A stretch of DNA of 25,914 bases from Candidatus Iainarchaeum sp. (GTDB lineage: Archaea; Iainarchaeota; Iainarchaeia; Iainarchaeales; CSSED10-239). Positions 24,422-25,914 of this stretch are shown piece after piece (position 1 is the first letter of the stretch; each line of letters starts with the position of its first letter). The stretch spans positions 1-25,914 of the forward strand of contig CALBUD010000041.1 of NCBI GenBank assembly GCA_937968065.1, read 5' to 3'. Below the pieces are notes generated by a model that did not search any database, was not told the DNA's origin, and saw only the letters and a program-made list of their open reading frames with translations. A program made the position numbers and the translations under genes.

Positions 24422-25768
24422 TCAAATAGATTCTTCATAATATTCTGGAACTTCCTTGTCTGTAATTTCTCCAGAAATATTTTTTTTCATATAATTTATT
24501 ATATCTTCTCTTTTATTAAATTTTTTTAAAGCAATTCCAAGTTTTATTAAAGCAACTTCAGGAAGCATATCATGACTATCAAGATATTCTCCACCAGCAT
24601 TAGCTATATATCTTAAATTAGCATATACTTTTCCATTAACTCTTCCAAATAAACATTGAGAAGATAAAATAACAACAATTCCTTTTTCAGTTGCTTTTTT
24701 AATATGTAAGACCCATTGATACTCTGCTGGAAGTTTTTCTTTATCTTCTTGGCCTGTTGGAACATGACCTAAACCAGTCCCTTCTAAAATAATTCCTTTA
24801 TATCCTTTTTCTATATACCAATCAATTATTGAAGGATCAGAATTAGGATATAATTTTATAAGTGCTGTTTTTTCTTCAAAAAAATTATTTAAAATAGGTT
24901 TTTTATTTTTATTTTTTAAATTTTCTTTATCTAAATTATATTTTATTTTTCCATCTAAATAAACTTTACAAATAGCTTGAGAATTAATAGCTTTAAAAGC
25001 ATCTCTTCTAGAAGTATGCATTTTTCTTGATTTTACTGAATTTATAACTTCACAATAATCATCATTTATTGAACCATGCATAACTGTAAAAACACCTGGA
25101 ATCTTTTCTTTAATAAAAATAGATGCACAAATAAGGTTTTGAGAACCATCAAAGCTTGCTCTATCTGGAGATCTTTGAGCACCAACTAAAAGAACTGGTT
25201 TATTTATATTTTCTATCATAAAAGAAAGAGCAGAACCTGTAAAACTTAAAGTATCTGTTCCGTGAGTTATTATTATTCCATCAATAGTATCATCAATTAA
25301 ATATTTATAAACAATTTCAGATAATTTTTGCCAATCTTTATAATAGATATCTTCGCTTGCTTTAATAAAAGGAGATTCTATTTTTTTAATATTTATTATA
25401 TTTTCTATTTCTGGAGTGGTTGAAATTATTTCTTCTGGGGTTCTACACATAGTAACAGCACCAGTTACATAATCAACATGTGTTCCGATTGTTCCACCAG
25501 TTCCAATATATACTATATTTGGTAAATCTTTATTTTCTTTTGTTTTTTTAGAAGTTATTTTTCCTAAAGATACTTTTTCATCTAAAATTTCTATTTTTTT
25601 AATATCTTTTTGTAAAATACCTATATTATAACCATTATCTATTAGTTTTAGCTTAATTATTTCATCTGTAAATTCAATAAGATTACCTTTATATATAATT
25701 TCTTTTTTTTCTGAATTTAAAGTTACATTTATAACTTTACCAATATCTTTTGTAGTTATTTTTATCAT
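24422..25768 (-). CDS. gatD: Glutamyl-tRNA(Gln) amidotransferase subunit D
   Basis: Asparaginase-type motifs IGTGGTIGT and ITHGTDTL follow an N-terminal domain of about 85 aa. At 448 aa it is followed after 23 nt by gatE. Confidence 0.9.
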   Translation of the reverse strand: MIKITTKDIGKVINVTLNSEKKEIIYKGNLIEFTDEIIKLKLIDNGYNIGILQKDIKKIEILDEKVSLGKITSKKTKENKDLPNIVYIGTGGTIGTHVDYVTGAVTMCRTPEEIISTTPEIENIINIKKIESPFIKASEDIYYKDWQKLSEIVYKYLIDDTIDGIIITHGTDTLSFTGSALSFMIENINKPVLLVGAQRSPDRASFDGSQNLICASIFIKEKIPGVFTVMHGSINDDYCEVINSVKSRKMHTSRRDAFKAINSQAICKVYLDGKIKYNLDKENLKNKNKKPILNNFFEEKTALIKLYPNSDPSIIDWYIEKGYKGIILEGTGLGHVPTGQEDKEKLPAEYQWVLHIKKATEKGIVVILSSQCLFGRVNGKVYANLRYIANAGGEYLDSHDMLPEVALIKLGIALKKFNKREDIINYMKKNISGEITDKEVPEYYEESI

Positions 25769-25914
25769 TTAAAATCACATATATAATATACATACAAAAC
25801 AAATATAAGACTTTATTTTAGAATTTATTTATGAACATTAATTTTTCTATTACTTAAAACAAAATTATGCCCTGTATATATTAATATAAAAATTATAATT
25901 GTAGATATTAATTT

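Noticed and set aside
1-25914. A scan of the whole window for CRISPR arrays, rRNA, tRNA introns, transposases, integrases and toxin-antitoxin pairs
   Set aside because: I found no regularly spaced direct repeats and no rRNA-like GC-rich stretches. All four tRNAs fold without introns. No ORF shows recombinase or nuclease-toxin motifs.

Overview
This is a very AT-rich, gene-dense archaeal chromosomal segment with short intergenic gaps, and most genes lie on the minus strand. Archaeal hallmark genes are readable directly from the translations: DnaG-type Toprim primase, Hjc resolvase, Pth2, Kae1, a thermosome subunit and the GatD/GatE amidotransferase. There are also three aminoacyl-tRNA synthetases (Cys, Asn-type class IIb, Ile), a NhaP-type antiporter, a HIT protein and a single-OB-fold SSB. 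Four intron-less tRNA genes without encoded CCA stand out as GC-rich islands: Val-UAC, Ile-UAU, Ile-GAU and Gln-UUG. The composition, the compact genes and the Lys/Asn-rich low-complexity inserts suggest a reduced-genome, DPANN-like archaeon; this is inference only. I see no CRISPR array, transposase, integrase or rRNA. The items most worth a second look are listed below.
- A genomically encoded tRNA-Ile with anticodon UAU, with a near-identical GAU paralog 2.9 kb away.
- A 699-aa secreted protein whose C-terminus carries lytic-transglycosylase (SLT)-like motifs, in an organism that should lack murein.
- An NF-YB/NC2-beta-like histone-fold protein with an acidic N-terminal tail, next to an untracked 54-aa hyper-acidic mini-ORF that has a strong Shine-Dalgarno site.
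- A 4-TM membrane protein with three UBA-like helical modules.
- Two membrane proteins with H1-like polybasic tails.
- A DnaG with a roughly 190-residue N/K-rich insertion.
All family assignments are made by eye from motifs; no searches were run.
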